Shown piece after piece: positions 59,700-64,000 of a stretch of 64,000 bases of DNA; the first letter of the stretch is position 1; each line of letters begins with the position of its first letter. The notes beneath the pieces were generated by a model, which saw only the letters and a list, made by a program, of their open reading frames with translations, did not search any database and had not been told where the DNA came from. The stretch lies in NCBI GenBank assembly GCA_044892505.1, contig CM097882.1:326802001-326866000 (forward strand), read 5' to 3'. Origin of the DNA: Schmidtea nova (taxonomy: Eukaryota). Position numbers and translations under genes: made by a program.

Positions 59700-61250
59700 T
59701 GATCTGTTTATTTTGTAAAGGATTTTTACTCTGGCTGTTTTGAATAGGAATTTCTACTCCGAGATTTTCTAGAGCAAAAAGGGACTCTGAGGTTTTTGTA
59801 CAGGAATTTTTGATCTGGATTTTTGAATACAATATTTTTGTAAAAGATTTTTAGTCCTATTATTTTGTATAGGATTTTCAACTCCAAGATTTTCTCGGGC
59901 AAAAAGGGACTCTGGATTTTTTGTACAGGGAATTTTTATACATGAATTTTTGGTCTGGTATTTTTGTATAGGATTTTGGTCTGGTTATTTGAATAGGATT
60001 TTCAACTCCCATATTTTTCTCAGACAAAAAGGGTCTGGTAATTTTGAACTGAAATTTTAATGGTAAATAAAAAACACATGTAAATTTTTTTAACAAGTAA
60101 ATTATCATTAAAGTATTTTGTATAGGATTTTCAACTCCCAGATATTTTCTAGGGCAAAAATAGACTCTGATAATTTTGAACTGAAATTTTATTGGTAAAT
60201 AAAAAACACGTGTGAATCTTTTAAACTAGTAAAATACATTGAAATTATTTTGAATAGGATTTTCAACTCCGAGATTTTCTCGGGCAAAAAGGGACTCTGG
60301 GTTTTTTGTACATGAATTTTTGATCTAGATTTTTGAATACAATATTTTGATCTGATATTTTGTAGTGTTTTTAGTCTGGTTATTTTGTATATGATTTTCT
60401 ACTCCGAGATCTTTCTCAGGCAAAAGGGACTCTGGTAATTTTGAATATGATTTTTGATCTTGATTTTGTATAGGATTTTTAGTCTGGTATTTTTGAAATA
60501 ATATTTTGGTCGGGGAAAATCAAAAATTAAAAATTGGTCAGAATTCAATAATTTTTATATCGATCTACTGAGAATTGAAAGACAAACAATAATGGTCAAA
60601 AAGTAAAAACATGAAAATTTTGACTTTTCCGACCCAATTTTTACACGTAAAAAGGGTCAACTCGGGGAATTTCCAAAAAATCAAAAATGCTCAGAATCAA
60701 ATAATTTTTATATCAATCTACTGAGATTTGAAAGACAAACAATAATGGTCAAAAATTTAAAAACATGAAAAATTGATTTTTTCCGACCCAATTTTTACAC
60801 GTAAAAATTGTCAACTCGAGGAAATTCCAAAATTCAAAAGTTGTCAGAATTCAATAATTTTTATACCAATCTACTGAGAATTGAAAAGCGATCAATAAAG
60901 GTCAAAAAATTAAAATCATGAAAAAATCAAAATTTTATACGGAAAATGACAGTCTCAGTAAAAAAGGGTAAAGTACATAAAAACGTGGAAATATTTAAAA
61001 TAAAATTTTTTAAACTAAATAATTAAATCTAAATAAATTTATGATAATTAAATAAAAAAGTAAATAAATTCTATACGAATTTCAAAACTCAGTAAATAAT
61101 TCACTCATTATTTTGTATTGAATTTATCAAGTAAAATGGTACATTAAATAAAAAAGTAAATAAAATCCATACGAATTTCAAAACTCAGTAAATAATTCAC
61201 TCATTATTTTGTATTGAATTTATCAAGTAAAATGGTACATTAAATAAAAG
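59700..61250. repeat. Cluster of tandem repeats (~110-130-bp GGATTTTCAACTCC/GGGACTCTGG units; ~120-bp unit x3 at 60520-60900; ~103-bp duplication at 61050-61250)
   Basis: Direct reading; probably the interior of a non-autonomous DNA element or a satellite. Confidence 0.8.
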
Positions 61251-61920
61251 CATGGAAATAATAAGTAAATTAAAGTTAGAATTTAAAAATAATTTGTACT
61301 TGATTTATGAAAAATGGCAAAGTAAATAAATTAAAGATAGAATTTTAAAAATAATTATGAATTTAATGATAAATAGAATTATAAGTAAATTAAGAATAAA
61401 AAAGTAAATTAAGAAAGACGTGAGTTTTAATGTCATAATTTTAAAATGAATTGGTTTTAAAGGAACTTTTTAAGGTAATATTTGAAAAATGTGAATAAAT
61501 AATTATTTTTGAAATTTTTTAAAGTAAAATTTTTTAACAATAAAGTCAATGTAGAATTTTTTATCAATAAAATCAATGTAAAATCTTTTAATTAATAAAT
61601 ACAAAGTAAACATTTTTTCGCAAGTAAATATTTTTCACAAGTAAAATTTTTAACTAATAAATACAAATCTAATTGTTTTTCAATATGATGTTTTTTAAGG
61701 AAATGATCAAATAACAACAAATAAATGTAGTAAATAAAACACATGAAAATATTGAATTTATTTAGAATAAAAATAGTTATTAAACAAGAGTTTTTACAAT
61801 TTTGTATACTAAGTTAAAAAATATCGATTAATGACATAAATCTTTAAAAATAAACGTAATAATTGAAAATATATGAACAAGAAATAATAATAAGAATAAT
61901 GATAAGAATAAGAATAATAA

Positions 61921-61957
<37 letters not shown>

Positions 61958-61983
61958 GAGAACACCATTTTTTTAAATATATT

Positions 61984-62026
61984 AATGCAATATATTTCAA
62001 CAGCTTAGCTGTCATCATCAGGCTTT
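61984..62026 (-). ncRNA. Identical hammerhead motif in the inverted pLTR
   Basis: Exact reverse complement of 63189-63231. Confidence 0.72.
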
Positions 62027-62384
62027 CCACAATCTCAATAAAATAAAAATTGATCTTAATTATACGCTTAATAGTGATTACATAATTACATGTGCATAAT
62101 CCAATAAAACTTTTATTTACCCTAATAAAATTAATTAAACACTCTCAAAAATGCATGTTGATATTGCATTTTGTATATTTATTTTAGGAATAAATGATTT
62201 TATCATCAAAGCCTCACAATATACACGTTCATAATAATTTTTAAAACTTTTTAAAAGCTTTTTAAAATTTTTTAAAGCTTTTGTGATTTTAAATATAAAA
62301 GAAATATGATAAGGGGATTGGTTTATCGTTCTTGGACATTGCCGTCAACTTATTGTAAATCTATAAATAGTATTGATAAATTAA

Positions 62385-63082
62385 TTAAATTACTACAGAA
62401 TAATGGATATTCAAATGTTTCTTGCAACGAATGGTGAGTGAAACTGTTGATAAGTGTATTAATAAGTTGAATGTGATTGATGAAAAAATTTCTCCTGGTG
62501 TTGATCCGTTTAATACATCTGATAGTGCTCCTTTGATTGAAACAGGTGATGTTGTTATGGGAATGAATGATGGTGTTGATTGCAATAATAATAATGAAAT
62601 AAATAAAAGTAACTTGAATGATTGCATTGGTTCTGTTATAGTTTTACCGTTTTCTGAGGGATTTGTAAATTTTAAAAAATCTATTATAAAATATATTGGA
62701 AATACTAATGTTAAAATAATTTCTAAGTCTTGTAAAGTTCGGGATATGTTCAGTAATAAATCTGTGACGCTATTTGGTCTGTGTTCTGATCTCGTATATC
62801 GTTTTACTTGTAATGAGTGTAATGCTACATACATTTAAGAGACTGCCCGTCATCTCTGTACACGAGTTCAAGAACATGCCAGAAAGAGCGGAAAGAGTAA
62901 CATTATTGAGTATAATAAGACTTGCAAGAAGAGCATTGATATTTCTAATTTCAAAATACTTTCTAGGGGTTTTAAAAATTATTATGAACGTGTGAATTGT
63001 GAGGCTTTGATGATAAAATCATTTAATCCTAAAATAAATATACAAAATGCAATATCAACATGCATTTTGAGAGTGTTTAATT
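62385..63082 (+). pseudogene. PLE RT C-terminus/linker and GIY-YIG endonuclease
   Basis: LLQNNGYSN..., then LVYRFTCNECNATYI*ETARHLCTRVQEH...EALMIKSFNPKINIQ; the stop replaces the Gly of YIG. Confidence 0.88.
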
Positions 63083-63188
63083 AATTTTATTAGGGTAAAT
63101 AAAAGTTTTATTGGATTATGCACATGTAATTATGTAATCACTATTAAGCGCATAATTAAGATCAATTTTTATTTTATTGAGATTGTGG

Positions 63189-63231
63189 AAAGCCTGATGA
63201 TGACAGCTAAGCTGTTGAAATATATTGCATT
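63189..63231 (+). ncRNA. Minimal type I hammerhead ribozyme motif in the pLTR
   Basis: AAAGC-CUGAUGA-U-GACAGC-UAA-GCUGUU-GAA-AUAUAU-U-GCAUU: catalytic core, 6-bp stem II, palindromic stem III, short stem I with one mismatch. Confidence 0.72.
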
Positions 63232-63499
63232 AATATATTTAAAAAAATGGTGTTCTCTTATTTATATGAATAANNNNNNNNNNNNNNNNNNNNNNNNNNN
63301 NNNNNNNNNNNNNNNNNNNNNNNNNNNNNNNNNNNNNNNNNNNNNNNNNNNNNNNNNNNNNNNNNNNNNNNNNNNNNNNNNNNNNNNNNNNNNNNNNNNN
63401 NNNNNNNNNNNNNNNNNNNNNNNNNNNNNNNNNNNNNNNNNNNNNNNNNNNNNNNNNNNNNNNNNNNNNNNNNNNNNNNNNNNNCTAAGTACCAGCAAT

Positions 63500-64000
63500 A
63501 AACCGATCAAATAACTAATAATCTCATTACACACACAAATCAACCCCTGACTAGTAACTGATCAAATGCCAACTGACTCTATCCACAAATCAGCAATCGA
63601 CTAGTTACTTACAAGTTACCAACTGACTCTATATATTAACCAACTAGGAAATTGTTCCATGTGTCAATCATTTCCTATTGCCTATATATCAAATAATCCA
63701 ATCCCCTTAGTTAAAAATAGTACAATTCCTTACTTACTAACTTTATCTATACTAACCAAATAACTAACTATACATACTAACCAGCAACCACTTCCTTACT
63801 AACCAACTAGTTTTATACATTAACCAACTAACTTTATTCACAAATCACCAACCAACTAACTAACTAACTAACCAGCAATCAATTCCTTACTAACCAACTA
63901 GTTCTACACATCAACCAACTAACTCTTCATTAACCAATCTCACATTAACCAAGTAACTAACTAACTATACATACTAACTAGCAACCACTTCCTTACTAAC
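63500..64000. repeat. C/A-skewed degenerate tandem repeat (ACTAACCA-rich, ~90-100-bp higher-order unit)
   Basis: AACCAGCAA(C/T)CA(C/A)TTCCTTACTAACCAACTAG recurs at ~63780, ~63870 and ~63975; runs off the window. Confidence 0.75.

Larger units (their letters stand above)
61951..63265 (+). mobile_element. Penelope-like element, 5'-truncated, with an inverted pLTR copy
   Basis: 61951-62247 is the near-perfect reverse complement of 62969-63265; between and into them lies the end of RT and a GIY-YIG endonuclease. Confidence 0.9.

Overview
AT-rich eukaryotic genomic window with several N gaps and very short (44-55 nt) GT-AG introns; an invertebrate such as a nematode is plausible but is inference only. 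Two host genes can be rebuilt exon by exon, both on the minus strand: MCM10 (~7.6-9.4 kb) and FICD/HYPE (~40.3-45.7 kb). The rest is dominated by mobile DNA. (i) A decayed Maverick/Polinton (adintovirus-like) element at ~10.2-19.95 kb with protein-primed PolB N-terminus, adenain-type protease, major and minor capsid genes and a core-like protein, interrupted by a Gypsy insertion. (ii) Three full-length Gypsy LTR retrotransposons with TSD, PBS and PPT. Two are very compact (4.5-4.6 kb), have AGT...ACT termini and start gag inside the LTR so that the PBS is translated; both carry a conserved -1 frameshift heptamer plus a predicted pseudoknot, and the one at 49.0-53.6 kb looks intact. (iii) A Penelope-like element with GIY-YIG endonuclease and two inverted pLTR copies, each with a minimal hammerhead ribozyme motif. 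(iv) hAT and TA-flanked DNA transposon remnants. (v) Two unclassified dispersed repeat families carrying orphan coding remnants, including a ~1.3-1.4 kb LTR-like repeat with a 63-aa micro-ORF. (vi) Satellites and microsatellites. All calls come from reading the sequence; no database search was run.
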